64,000 nt of DNA from Candidatus Stercoripulliclostridium sp. (GCA_045535235.1 JAZSLG010000071.1:3445-67444), one strand, 5' to 3'. Shown: positions 17,101 to 25,546, numbered from the stretch's first letter. Program-made: numbers and translations. The notes: generated by a model from the sequence alone, not told the origin.

Positions 17101-17527
17101 CTACACCGAGCATAGGATGGAGCTAGGAAAAGAGGATAAAACGCGCTACGCTAAGCTTGTTTACAACGGAGTATTAGACAACGAAATGCAAATTGAGGAG
17201 CGCGTGATAGGAGTCTTCCAAGGCTTTGATATCATACTTCCCTCCCACATGCAAAATGAAAGACCTTTTATTTATCTAGCGCGCGAAAGTCGTCACCAAG
17301 TGGAAATCGGCGAATCGGAAGTAGGTGTTGTTTTCCGCATGATTAACTGCTTAGATAACCTCGGCAAGCGCCTCGATAGACTAAGATACAGAGTGTCACA
17401 GTTGGAGTTTGAACGCATCGAAATTGAGCGCGAACTTAACAAACCGGGTGGATACCTTGATGAAATTGAGGCACTAAAGAATGAAATCAAAGAAATTGAT
17501 AGAAAATTGGGGGTAAAACTTAAATGA
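14105..17527 (+). CDS. SNF2-family (SF2) helicase/translocase, 1140 aa, with a non-helicase N-terminal region and a C-terminal coiled coil
   Basis: Motifs: LYPYQKDAV, HDVGSGKTY (GSGKT = nt 15254-15268), LFVDEAHNYKN (DEAH = nt 15728-15739), ATGTPITNS, MGSTFKLGIGVNVQ, MVQREGRILRPGN (nt ~16706-16720). RBS aaggag. Confidence 0.9.
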   Translation: MLHLRRNDLEEIVKSMSSGPITAKDLDELIKGLGEVYKEVKEREDVAEQKRLQKEKEEREKVENVTCMELPLDYENYFEYDMNATSVRVESASDALITSLNNLGRVDIEYMSVISGLTHKALIVELKGAIYQNPDKWEECFYKGWETADEYLSGNLLRKRAKAVDCEKKYKGWFQDNIRAIDEVLPDAVSTLDIYVTLGSPWVPTDVIEDFIDYLYNHKKTYVKLRGSVIHDEETGTWEIIDKNRYYHDTLSTSTYGTDRMEALYILEKTLNMRSIAVTDEVPCISNKSGKKRVINQKETLLAIEKQKKMIKMFQNWVWRDDARRERLEIIYENNYSCYRTRKYNGSFLTFPKMNPDIVLYPYQKDAVSRILFSPNTLLAHDVGSGKTYIMIAAGMEMRRMGLSKKNMYVVPNNIVGQWNRMFLELYPSAHLLVVEPKHFTPAKRQDTLKKIRDNDYDAVIMAYSCFDQIPLSYDYYLAEARERKKELENRVFSRARTTHTVQKKLEKMKKEVSELSQQLYNVVMAGEIYFDQLGITRLFVDEAHNYKNVPVETKINNVLGISETGSEKCKLMMAKVHQVQKSNEGKGVVFATGTPITNSITDAFIMQLYLQSGELALLDIQNFDAWVGMFAEKEESFEIDVDTKNYRLATRFSKFHNIPELTSLLSSIADFHITKTSEDLPVFTGYTDALVGKTPDFQDYLDKISDRAEAVRKGQVGRNEDNMLLITTDGRKAALDLRLVDNTKPFVFQSKVARCAENVYNIYDKTMEGKLTQLVFCDTSVPSDRFNMYDELKRLLLALGIPEQEIAFIHDATTDKSRLAFFDKVQKGEIRVLMGSTFKLGIGVNVQNKLVAIHHLDVPWRPADMVQREGRILRPGNTNGRVFIYRYVTEGSFDAYSWQLLESKQRFISGLLAGSITERNNVDISDTILNYAEVKALAIGNPLIKKRVEKANELTKLYALQAKHVENKDKISRKQQEIPTLISQAQERVDKCKADFDYYTEHRMELGKEDKTRYAKLVYNGVLDNEMQIEERVIGVFQGFDIILPSHMQNERPFIYLARESRHQVEIGESEVGVVFRMINCLDNLGKRLDRLRYRVSQLEFERIEIERELNKPGGYLDEIEALKNEIKEIDRKLGVKLK

Positions 17528-18639
17528 GTGATATAAAACTAAATGACGTAGTAAACATGAACGTAGACGCTTTCGTGGAAAAGCTAGGTGGGGCCTATTC
17601 TACCATTATAAACAAGGGATTGCCCGTCAAAAGTTTTCCATCCGTCATGCTTTGGGGCGCGCCGGGTGTCGGTAAATCGCAAGGAGTAAGGCAAATTGCC
17701 ACCAAAATAGAGGAAGAAACGGGCAAAAAGGTTTTCGTTACCGACGTTCGTCTGCTCCTATTTAATCCCATCGACCTTCGTGGTATACCCACGGCAAACC
17801 AAGATAAAACTCTTGCCGTTTGGCTAAAACCACAAATATTCCAAATGAACGAAAGTAAGGACGTTGTGAACATATTGTTTTTGGACGAAATATCGTCGGC
17901 TCCGCAGTCGGTACAAGCCTCCGCTTACCAAATTACTCTCGATAGGGTTGTGGGTGAGCATAAACTACCCGAAAACTGCATAGTTATTGGCGCAGGTAAC
18001 CGTTTGACCGATAAATCCGTCGCCTATAAAATGCCAAAAGCCCTTGCTAACCGTTTGCTACATATTAACGTTGAGGGTAGTTTTGCGTCGTGGAATAAGT
18101 GGGCGGTTAAGAGTGGAATAAACGCCAAAGTATTAGGCTTTCTTTCCTTCCAAAAGGATAGTTTGTTTAAGGGTAGCGAGAACTCGGAGGACCTCGCTTT
18201 CCCCACACCACGTTCGTGGGAAATGGTTAGCAACGTCCTTAACTCGGTATCCGACGACGTAAAAGAGGTTTTCCCATTTATTGCGGGGCTTGTGGGCGTG
18301 GGTATGGCATCGGAATTTCGTACTTGGTGCAAAATATATGCCAATTTGCCTAAAATAGAGGACATTTTTGCAGGAAAACGCCCGCCCGTTCCTCGCGATA
18401 CCGATGCATTATATGCTTTGGTTTCCGCCATGGTGTCCCATGCACGAGAGATTAAAAACGACCTTGGTAAAATCGCAAATTCCATCGATTATGCGAACTT
18501 AATCCCCGCAGACTTTTCGGTAATACTAATGAAAGATTATGCTTATTTGGAAAAGGATTATCAAAAAAAGTTAATGGCCATTCCCGAATATATGCGTTGG
18601 TTACAAACGAGGGGGAAATTGTTAAATGGTAATAACTAA
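17524..18639 (+). CDS. MoxR-like AAA+ ATPase (AAA_5 type)
   Basis: Walker A is LWGAPGVGKSQ (nt 17656-17679). Walker B is ILFLDEIS (DE = nt 17884-17889). GAGNR and PTPRSWE lie downstream. The ATG overlaps the SNF2 stop (ATGA). Confidence 0.85.
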   Translation: MSDIKLNDVVNMNVDAFVEKLGGAYSTIINKGLPVKSFPSVMLWGAPGVGKSQGVRQIATKIEEETGKKVFVTDVRLLLFNPIDLRGIPTANQDKTLAVWLKPQIFQMNESKDVVNILFLDEISSAPQSVQASAYQITLDRVVGEHKLPENCIVIGAGNRLTDKSVAYKMPKALANRLLHINVEGSFASWNKWAVKSGINAKVLGFLSFQKDSLFKGSENSEDLAFPTPRSWEMVSNVLNSVSDDVKEVFPFIAGLVGVGMASEFRTWCKIYANLPKIEDIFAGKRPPVPRDTDALYALVSAMVSHAREIKNDLGKIANSIDYANLIPADFSVILMKDYAYLEKDYQKKLMAIPEYMRWLQTRGKLLNGNN

Positions 18640-19882
18640 GGAGCAAAAAGCAGGTTTTGTGCGAAAACTTATTGCCTCTCGCACGCGCATGCTTTGCAAT
18701 CACGGCTTTTACGGAATGTTGTTGATGCACCTTCCCTTTATGTTAGACGAAAGCATAACGACTGCCGCAACCGATGGTAAAGCAATATACTTTAGCCCCA
18801 ATTTTCTTAGTCGTTTAACGAACTCGGAGTTGGATTTTGTACTCATGCACGAAGTGCTTCACGTTGTGCTAAGGCATATTAACAGGTCTAAAATTTTTGA
18901 GGAAAATCCAATTCTTGCCAATATCGCTTGCGATATAGTGGTAAATTCCAATATTTTGTACTCTTGCAGTATGAAGATAAGCTCCATATCGGTAGATGGA
19001 ACGGTGTCCATGCATCTTACTCCAAACGGCGACGAGGGATATTTGTATACGGCAGAAGAGGTATATAACATGCTTAATGTGTCGAATCAAAACGCAATAA
19101 AAGCAAAAGGTAGAGGGCGAAAAGGTAACGATGGTGAAAAATCCAACGGCGAATCAGACGAGTTGACTGTTGACGACCATAGCAAATGGGAATCTCTTGG
19201 AGAGGAAGAAAAGCAAGAGATACAAGAAAATTGGGAACAGCATTTGAGAAGTGCATCACAAAATATTAGGATAAAGGAAAGCAGTAACAATTGCGGTAAT
19301 ATTCCTCTTTGCGCGCAAAGGGTATTGCAAGAACTTAGCAAAGCGCAAACCGATTGGCGCACCTTACTGACCGATTTTGTGCAAGAAGAGGTGTTGGACT
19401 ACTCATTTAATCCTCCCGACAAAAGGTATAGTGAAAGCGACTTTTTTATCCCCGACTTTAACGTTAGTTACGATTTAGTGCCGGGAAACGTGCTATTTAT
19501 GATAGATACCTCGGGGTCGGTTTCGGACGATATGATAGCAAGAGCGTATAGCGAAATTAAGGGCGCAATAGACCAGTTTGATGGCAAAATAACAGGACAT
19601 TTGGGCTTCTTTGATGCAAGCGTTGTCCCTGCCCAACCCTTTGTTGACTTGGATACGTTACTCAAGATTCTACCAAGAGGTGGCGGTGGCACAAGTTTCC
19701 ATGCGGTATTCGATTACGTGGATTCCTTGGAAGAAAAGCCCACGAGCATAGTAATACTAACCGATGGAGAAGCCCGTTTTCCAAAAGAGGAAAGGGCGAA
19801 AGGCATACCCGTATTGTGGTTGATTATAGATAATAAAATAACCCCTCCCTGGGGAAAAACAGCAAGGGTTACCGCCGTGTAG
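18626..19882 (+). CDS. putative HExxH metallopeptidase domain + vWA domain protein (DUF2201_N/DUF2201-type MoxR partner)
   Basis: Motifs: TAATDGKAIYF, MHEVLHVVLRH (HEVLH = nt 18848-18862), NIACDIVVN. C-terminal vWA with LFMIDTSGSVS (DTSGS = nt 19505-19519), GGGTSF and ILTDGE. The start lies 14 nt inside the MoxR gene. Confidence 0.85.
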   Translation: MVITKEQKAGFVRKLIASRTRMLCNHGFYGMLLMHLPFMLDESITTAATDGKAIYFSPNFLSRLTNSELDFVLMHEVLHVVLRHINRSKIFEENPILANIACDIVVNSNILYSCSMKISSISVDGTVSMHLTPNGDEGYLYTAEEVYNMLNVSNQNAIKAKGRGRKGNDGEKSNGESDELTVDDHSKWESLGEEEKQEIQENWEQHLRSASQNIRIKESSNNCGNIPLCAQRVLQELSKAQTDWRTLLTDFVQEEVLDYSFNPPDKRYSESDFFIPDFNVSYDLVPGNVLFMIDTSGSVSDDMIARAYSEIKGAIDQFDGKITGHLGFFDASVVPAQPFVDLDTLLKILPRGGGGTSFHAVFDYVDSLEEKPTSIVILTDGEARFPKEERAKGIPVLWLIIDNKITPPWGKTARVTAV

Positions 19883-19906
19883 GGTAAGGCGGTGAAAAAA
19901 GGTGGT

Positions 19907-19940
19907 GCTACCCCACGCTTTGGCGTGGGGTAGCTTTTTT
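19907..19940 (+). terminator. strong rho-independent terminator ending the SNF2-MoxR-vWA operon
   Basis: 12-bp stem gctaccccacgc / gcgtggggtagc, loop tttg, T6. Confidence 0.85.
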
Positions 19941-20026
19941 ATAAGGCAACAGGTTATTTTTAGTTTTGTGGTAAATTTAGCGTTGAACGTCGGGTGTTTG
20001 TGTGCTACAATATATCAAGGTGAATT

Positions 20027-20503
20027 ATGTTTAGAGAATTAACTAGAAAAAAACAAGTACTTACGAATGAAGAATGTGTACGAATATTGATTAACGAAAG
20101 AAGGGGTGTCCTTTCGGTTAACGGTGACAACGGCTATCCTTACGGCATGCCTATGAATCATTATTATAATGAAAAAGACGGATGTATATATTTTCACCAA
20201 GGAAAAATAGGACACAGACTAGACTCCCTTAGGAAGGATGACAGAGTATCGTACTGCGTTTACGATAAAGGCGAAAGAAAGGAGGGAGAGTGGGCCTATC
20301 TCGTTAAAAGCGTTATCATCTTTGGAAGAGTGGAAATACTGGATGACTTTAATACTATAAATGAAATTAGTAGGGCAATTTCGGCTAATTTTACTCTTGA
20401 CGAACTTTACGTAGAAAAAGAAATCGAAAAATACGCAAAAGCAACCCTAATATTAAAACTCACTCCCGAACATATTTGCGGTAAAAGAGTTAAAGAGGAA
20501 TAA
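20027..20503 (+). CDS. pyridoxamine 5'-phosphate oxidase-family (Nim-like) flavoprotein
   Basis: The N-terminal pattern R..Q.L..EEC..IL...RGVLSVNGDNGYPYGMP.N is typical of Pyridox_ox_2/NimA-like proteins. Confidence 0.7.
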   Translation: MFRELTRKKQVLTNEECVRILINERRGVLSVNGDNGYPYGMPMNHYYNEKDGCIYFHQGKIGHRLDSLRKDDRVSYCVYDKGERKEGEWAYLVKSVIIFGRVEILDDFNTINEISRAISANFTLDELYVEKEIEKYAKATLILKLTPEHICGKRVKEE

Positions 20504-20505
20504 CG

Positions 20506-21549
20506 ATGAAAATACTAAAGAATAAGGTCTCAAAAACTATCGTTATAATTGCAATAATCGCCGTTTTGTGCGCTTCTGCTTTTGGCGCCTACGTTGGTGG
20601 TAGGGCTTGGACCAATAAAATAAACTACGACCATGCTTACGAAGAAGTATACTCAATGGGTGGTTACTCGCTGGAAACGGACGAAGAGGGTGAGTTTAGG
20701 GTGCTTAAGATTAATGACACGCACTTTATAAACGGAGAAATAGATAGTGATATACGCACCTTGGAGGGTATAAAAAGAGTGCTGGATAGCACGCCCGTCG
20801 ACCTAATAGTAATGGCGGGAGATTTGGTCGAAGGCTTTAATTTGAACGTAAAATACGACAAGGAAAAGGCAATACGCAAGTTTTCGGAGCTAATGGAAAA
20901 CTACGATATTCCGTGGACTTTTATCCCCGGCAATAACGACGGAGAAGTAGACGGTTCTACTCGTGAGGTTATTTCCCTCATGCTTTCTTACGAGCATTTT
21001 ATAACGGGCAACGTAAAGGACGTTTATGGTGACACCCAATTTTACGTCGATATTATGCACGAGGGACAAAGAGTACATTTGTTGGCATTCCTAGATACCG
21101 GCGCTAGAAAACCGCAAATTAGTGGTAGCTACGACCATTTGCGACAAAGTCAAATAGCTAATCTTAAAAGCGAAATATCTACCCGCGGAGTAAAAACTTC
21201 GCTCTTTATTCACATGCAAACGCCCGCTTTCGGCGATGCTTATGAAAATGGCATAGATTACGAAAACATGCCTAAAAGGCTCTCAAGTAGCTATAAATCG
21301 ATACCCAAAAACGCATTATTTGACAAAGAGTTGGAAGGTGAAAAGTTGCTAACTTTAATATCTAACGGACACCAACACGGCAATGATTTGTGTTCCTACT
21401 ATAACGGTAGGTACTATCAACTTTCTTCTCCTAGCGGATATACTGCTTGGATGCCTAAGGAGGTTTCTCCGTCCGTTACGCTCACCACTATAGATACGCA
21501 GGAGAGTAATCCTCAACTTGCTTACCATTTTGAAAAGATTGCAGTATGA
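20506..21549 (+). CDS. membrane-anchored calcineurin-like metallophosphoesterase
   Basis: N-terminal TM segment. Motifs: INDTH, AGDLVEG, IPGNNDG, NGHQH. Confidence 0.8.
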   Translation: MKILKNKVSKTIVIIAIIAVLCASAFGAYVGGRAWTNKINYDHAYEEVYSMGGYSLETDEEGEFRVLKINDTHFINGEIDSDIRTLEGIKRVLDSTPVDLIVMAGDLVEGFNLNVKYDKEKAIRKFSELMENYDIPWTFIPGNNDGEVDGSTREVISLMLSYEHFITGNVKDVYGDTQFYVDIMHEGQRVHLLAFLDTGARKPQISGSYDHLRQSQIANLKSEISTRGVKTSLFIHMQTPAFGDAYENGIDYENMPKRLSSSYKSIPKNALFDKELEGEKLLTLISNGHQHGNDLCSYYNGRYYQLSSPSGYTAWMPKEVSPSVTLTTIDTQESNPQLAYHFEKIAV

Positions 21550-22028
21550 TTGCTCATCCCATACCACCCGTATACGATAAAAACTCAAAGATACTAATAC
21601 TCGGCTCCTTCCCATCGGTAAAGTCAAGGGAGGAAGGTTTCTTTTACGGTCATCCCGGCAATAGATTTTGGAAGGTGATTTCCTCTCTCGTTAGGAGAGA
21701 TACGCCGACTAGTAAAGAGGAAAAGTTGGCGATACTGCGTGATAGTGGTATTGCACTTTGGGACGTTATAGCTAGTTGCGAGATAGTAGGGTCTAGTGAT
21801 AGCTCAATTAAAAACGTAACGGCTAACGATATTCGTGTTATTTTAGAAAATACTTCCTTGAAAGGTATATTCGTAAACGGAAAGACGGCAAAAAAATATT
21901 ACGATAAATATATTTATCCGTCGTTAAAGATAGAGGCCTATTGTTTGCCGTCCACCTCTCCCGCAAATGCGGTTTATTCTCTTCCGCGCTTAATTAAAGA
22001 GTGGGAAAGCATTTTGGCTTTTTTATAA
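21546..22028 (+). CDS. DNA-deoxyinosine (hypoxanthine) glycosylase, UDG superfamily
   Basis: ILILGSFPSVKSREEGFFYGHPGNRFW and LPSTSPAN motifs. The start overlaps the previous stop (ATGA). Confidence 0.75.
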   Translation: MIAHPIPPVYDKNSKILILGSFPSVKSREEGFFYGHPGNRFWKVISSLVRRDTPTSKEEKLAILRDSGIALWDVIASCEIVGSSDSSIKNVTANDIRVILENTSLKGIFVNGKTAKKYYDKYIYPSLKIEAYCLPSTSPANAVYSLPRLIKEWESILAFL

Positions 22029-22192
22029 TAGCCTATTTATTTTATAATAATGCCTTTTTATTGAAGGATGATGATATTCGCCAATTTTTTTGTTTAGAGT
22101 GGTAAAAATAAGGGACACCCCTATTTACAAGAGGGGTAAATATGTTATATAATAATATTAATGTGATAAATTCCTAAAGAGGAGGAAGAAAT

Positions 22193-23494
22193 ATGAAAAT
22201 TATCGTTATCGGCGCGGGTATTGGTGGTTTGCAATCCGCCAGAGTGCTTGCCGAGGGTGGACACGACGTTACCGTTTACGAAAAGTCGCCCAAAGGTAAA
22301 ATCAGTTACGACTGGAGAGACGACGTTGAATATAACGTTTTTGATGAGTTGAATATTCCCATTCCTAGCGACAGTCACCGTGTCCAAAACGTTTCTTTCC
22401 TAGCTCCGTTTAGTGACAAGCCCTTGTTCGTTTATCAAGATGAAGACAAAATGGAATGGGGCGTATATCGCCATACGTTTGGGGATATGCTTGCAAGTCG
22501 TGCCGAGGAAAAGGGCGCCAAGATTGAATACGAAACCGTGGTCGAAAGGTTGATAATAGATGGCAACTCGGTTAAGGGCGTAGTGATAGGTGGAAAAGAT
22601 AAACGTTGTGATTTGGTAATAGATTGTTCCGGCATGGATTCCAAGTTTAGGGCTTCTCTACCTGTAAGTATGGGTATCACAAAGTGCGCCAATGATGACG
22701 AAGCATTTAACGTATATCGCGCTCATTTTAATAAACGCGAAGGTGAGGCGGAGCCGGAAAAATACCGTAGGTTGGTTTATCTAAAGCCTGAGGGCGCTCT
22801 TGGAATAAGCTGGGTTGTTTGTGAACCCGACGGAACGGAAAACGTTCTTATCGGTAGGATAGGTAGTCTTCCCCAAGAGGAAATCGAGAGTTCGCTCAAA
22901 AAGCTAAAAGAGGCGCATCCCATTATTGGTGACGAGATAGTATATGGTGGCAGAAGAGCAAGAATACCAATCCGCTATCCTCTTCTAAAGATGGTTGGAG
23001 AGGGCTACGTTGCAATTGGCGACTCCGCATTCATGACTATACCGCTAATAGGCTCGGGTATAGCTTGTTCCTTGCGCGCAGGACTTTTCTTAGGTGAAGA
23101 AATCAATAAAGCGAACTCGGTTTCCGTAAATACGCTTTGGAAATATCAAGTAAGGTATTACCAAGAGGTTGCTAAGGAGCATTTTCTTATTGACTGTGTA
23201 AAGCGTAAAATATTGGTTGCGGACAACTACGACATTAAGTACGTTATAGAGTCCGGTTTTATAACTGAGGACGATATAAAGATGCTTACCGGAGGCGAGG
23301 GCGGAAAGATGAGTGCAAAAGCCATTTGTACCAAGCTCCGTCTTGCGTTAAAGAAACTTCCTTTTATCATGAGTGTATTAGGCGCTCTTCTCAAGGGCGT
23401 TGGCGCTATGAATAAAGCAAAGAAGATACCCGCCGAATACGATGAAAAGAAAATTGCTCGTTGGGCATCAAAACTTCAAAAGGTGTTTGAGTAA
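22193..23494 (+). CDS. FAD-dependent oxidoreductase (geranylgeranyl-reductase-like)
   Basis: The N-terminal dinucleotide-binding motif is KIIVIGAGIGGLQSARVLAEGGHDVTVYEK. GDSAF lies near the C-terminal part. Confidence 0.75.
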   Translation: MKIIVIGAGIGGLQSARVLAEGGHDVTVYEKSPKGKISYDWRDDVEYNVFDELNIPIPSDSHRVQNVSFLAPFSDKPLFVYQDEDKMEWGVYRHTFGDMLASRAEEKGAKIEYETVVERLIIDGNSVKGVVIGGKDKRCDLVIDCSGMDSKFRASLPVSMGITKCANDDEAFNVYRAHFNKREGEAEPEKYRRLVYLKPEGALGISWVVCEPDGTENVLIGRIGSLPQEEIESSLKKLKEAHPIIGDEIVYGGRRARIPIRYPLLKMVGEGYVAIGDSAFMTIPLIGSGIACSLRAGLFLGEEINKANSVSVNTLWKYQVRYYQEVAKEHFLIDCVKRKILVADNYDIKYVIESGFITEDDIKMLTGGEGGKMSAKAICTKLRLALKKLPFIMSVLGALLKGVGAMNKAKKIPAEYDEKKIARWASKLQKVFE

Positions 23495-23495
23495 C

Positions 23496-24479
23496 ATGGA
23501 AGACAATAATAAGCGAATAAGAATAATTAAAATTTGGGAAATGCTCAATCAAGAATCGGATGAGGAGCATCCTTTAACTACGGAGTATATATTAAACAAG
23601 TTGGAAGAACAAGGTATCCCTTGTCACCGTAAAACCTTGTATGAAGATATTAAACTGTTAAACGCAAACGGTTACGAGGTGATGGTAAATCGTGCGATAA
23701 GTAACGAGTATTACGTAGTGGACCGCACGTTTGACGTGCCGGAACTGCAAATTCTGATGGATGCAGTACAAGCTTCACGATTTATTTCCACCAAGAAGAC
23801 GGATGAACTCATACACAAAATAGCAAGCCTCGCCGGCTCTCGCAAAGGCGAGGTGTTAAAGAGAAACACGGTTGCGTTTAATACCTCCAAATGTACTAAC
23901 GAAAAGGTTTTTTATAGCATAAATGAAATTGCGCTCGCTCTAGAACGCCAATGCAAAATAACCTTTTATTATTTCAAATACGATAGTGCGCACAACAAAG
24001 TATACCAACGCAATCATAGGCCTTACGTAGTTAATCCTCTTGCAACGGTTTTTTGCGACGATAAGTATTACCTAATGTGTTACGACGATAAACATAGGAA
24101 TATCGTTCACTATCGCGTGGATAGGATGGAAAATCTTAATATGATAGACCAGCCTATTACTAGGACGAAAAAGACTAATAATTTTGACGTAAAGAGACAC
24201 AAGAAACAGCTGTTCGGCATGTACGTTGGCGTACCTAAAACGGTGATATTCGAAGCGGAAAAGGAGCTAACGGATACGCTCTTCGACAAGTTTGGGGACG
24301 ACCTTGACCTTACTGAAAGAAATGGTAAATTGGTGTTTCAAGCGGAAGCGCAAATCTCTCCAACCTTTCTTGCTTGGGCGACGGGCTTTGGCAACAAGTT
24401 AAAAGTAATTGCACCCAAAGAGGTGGTTAAAAAGATAAAAATACACCTTAGAGAAACGTTGGCTAGTTACGAGGACTAA
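23496..24479 (+). CDS. HTH-WYL-domain transcriptional regulator
   Basis: N-terminal wHTH (RIRIIKIWEMLN...TLYEDIKLL) followed by a WYL-type core (YYLMCYDDKHRNIVHYRVDRM). The ATG at 23496 lies 1 nt after the FAD gene stop. Confidence 0.75.
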   Translation: MEDNNKRIRIIKIWEMLNQESDEEHPLTTEYILNKLEEQGIPCHRKTLYEDIKLLNANGYEVMVNRAISNEYYVVDRTFDVPELQILMDAVQASRFISTKKTDELIHKIASLAGSRKGEVLKRNTVAFNTSKCTNEKVFYSINEIALALERQCKITFYYFKYDSAHNKVYQRNHRPYVVNPLATVFCDDKYYLMCYDDKHRNIVHYRVDRMENLNMIDQPITRTKKTNNFDVKRHKKQLFGMYVGVPKTVIFEAEKELTDTLFDKFGDDLDLTERNGKLVFQAEAQISPTFLAWATGFGNKLKVIAPKEVVKKIKIHLRETLASYED

Positions 24480-25391
24480 ATGAGATTACTGGATTTATTC
24501 AAAAGAAAACCAAAGACAAAATGGGTGGAAGAGTGGCCCGTTCCCTACAAAGACAACTGGGCTACGGATGAAATTCACCTTAGGGACCCATTTATCATAG
24601 TGGTAGGTGATACCTATTATTTGACCGGAACGCTATCGCATGATAATATTTCCGACGGCTACGGCGTGCCCCTATACGAGAGCAAGGATTTAAGGATATG
24701 GCGTGGACCGAGTCTCCTGGTTAACAAGAGTGAGGGGTACGACGATTATTCTTGCTTTTGGGCGCCCGAAATACACAAAGTGGAGGACGAATACTGGCTA
24801 TTTGTTACGCTTGAACCAAAGGGTGGCAAGAGGGGAACCTATCTTTTTAAGAGTAAGGAAATAGCGGGAGATTATAGGTTTTGTGCAAGAGTTACCCCGG
24901 AAGATATGTTTTCGCTCGACGGCACTTTATGGGAAGAAAAGGGCGAAAAATATATCGTGTATTGTTACGAATGGGTGGAGGCTCAAGACGGACACGTTAG
25001 GGCGGTAAAGCTTCTTGAAGATGGCAATGGAATAGATATCTCTACCGATAGGTTATTATTCAAAGCCAGTGCAAACGTGTTTTATCCGCGCGCAAATCCT
25101 AATAAGATTACGGATGGGCCTTATATATATAAGGATAAAGGGCAACTAAAAATGCTTTGGTCTACGGTGGGGGCAAATAGGGCGTATCTGCTTCTTTCCG
25201 CAACTAGTAAGGGCGGTCTTTTTGACGAATGGGTCCAAGACACTCTTTTGTACGAAGAGGATGGCGGACACGGTATGGTTTTTGAAACGCTAGCAGGGGA
25301 GAGGAAAATCGTTATACACGCTCCCAACGGAAGAAATCCCGCAAAATGGCAATTTGAGCATCCCGTTATTTTGGATTTCAAAGGTGAATAA
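24480..25391 (+). CDS. glycoside hydrolase family 43-like protein
   Basis: LRDPFIIVVGDTYYLTGT and FWAPEIHKVEDEYWLF are the GH43 catalytic Asp region and propeller blades. The start directly abuts the WYL stop. Confidence 0.75.
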   Translation: MRLLDLFKRKPKTKWVEEWPVPYKDNWATDEIHLRDPFIIVVGDTYYLTGTLSHDNISDGYGVPLYESKDLRIWRGPSLLVNKSEGYDDYSCFWAPEIHKVEDEYWLFVTLEPKGGKRGTYLFKSKEIAGDYRFCARVTPEDMFSLDGTLWEEKGEKYIVYCYEWVEAQDGHVRAVKLLEDGNGIDISTDRLLFKASANVFYPRANPNKITDGPYIYKDKGQLKMLWSTVGANRAYLLLSATSKGGLFDEWVQDTLLYEEDGGHGMVFETLAGERKIVIHAPNGRNPAKWQFEHPVILDFKGE

Positions 25392-25546
25392 AGAAAAACA
25401 GATGATTCAAAAATAATTCAAAAAAGAGAGAGGATTTTTAATAAAGCATTAATGATTTTATCTCATAATATAGGCACAAAGTAATTATACGAGACGAAAG
25501 TCAAGTATAACTTTTTCATCCAATCTCCTCCTTCTTTTATGAAAAA

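Noticed and set aside
23442-23495. N-terminal extensions suggested by the ORF track: 23442, 29881, 4096, 1969, 6415, 6403 (minus) and 45619 (minus).
   Set aside because: In each case an internal ATG is preceded by a good GGAGG-type RBS and removes the overlap with the upstream gene or promoter. The shorter gene models were preferred.
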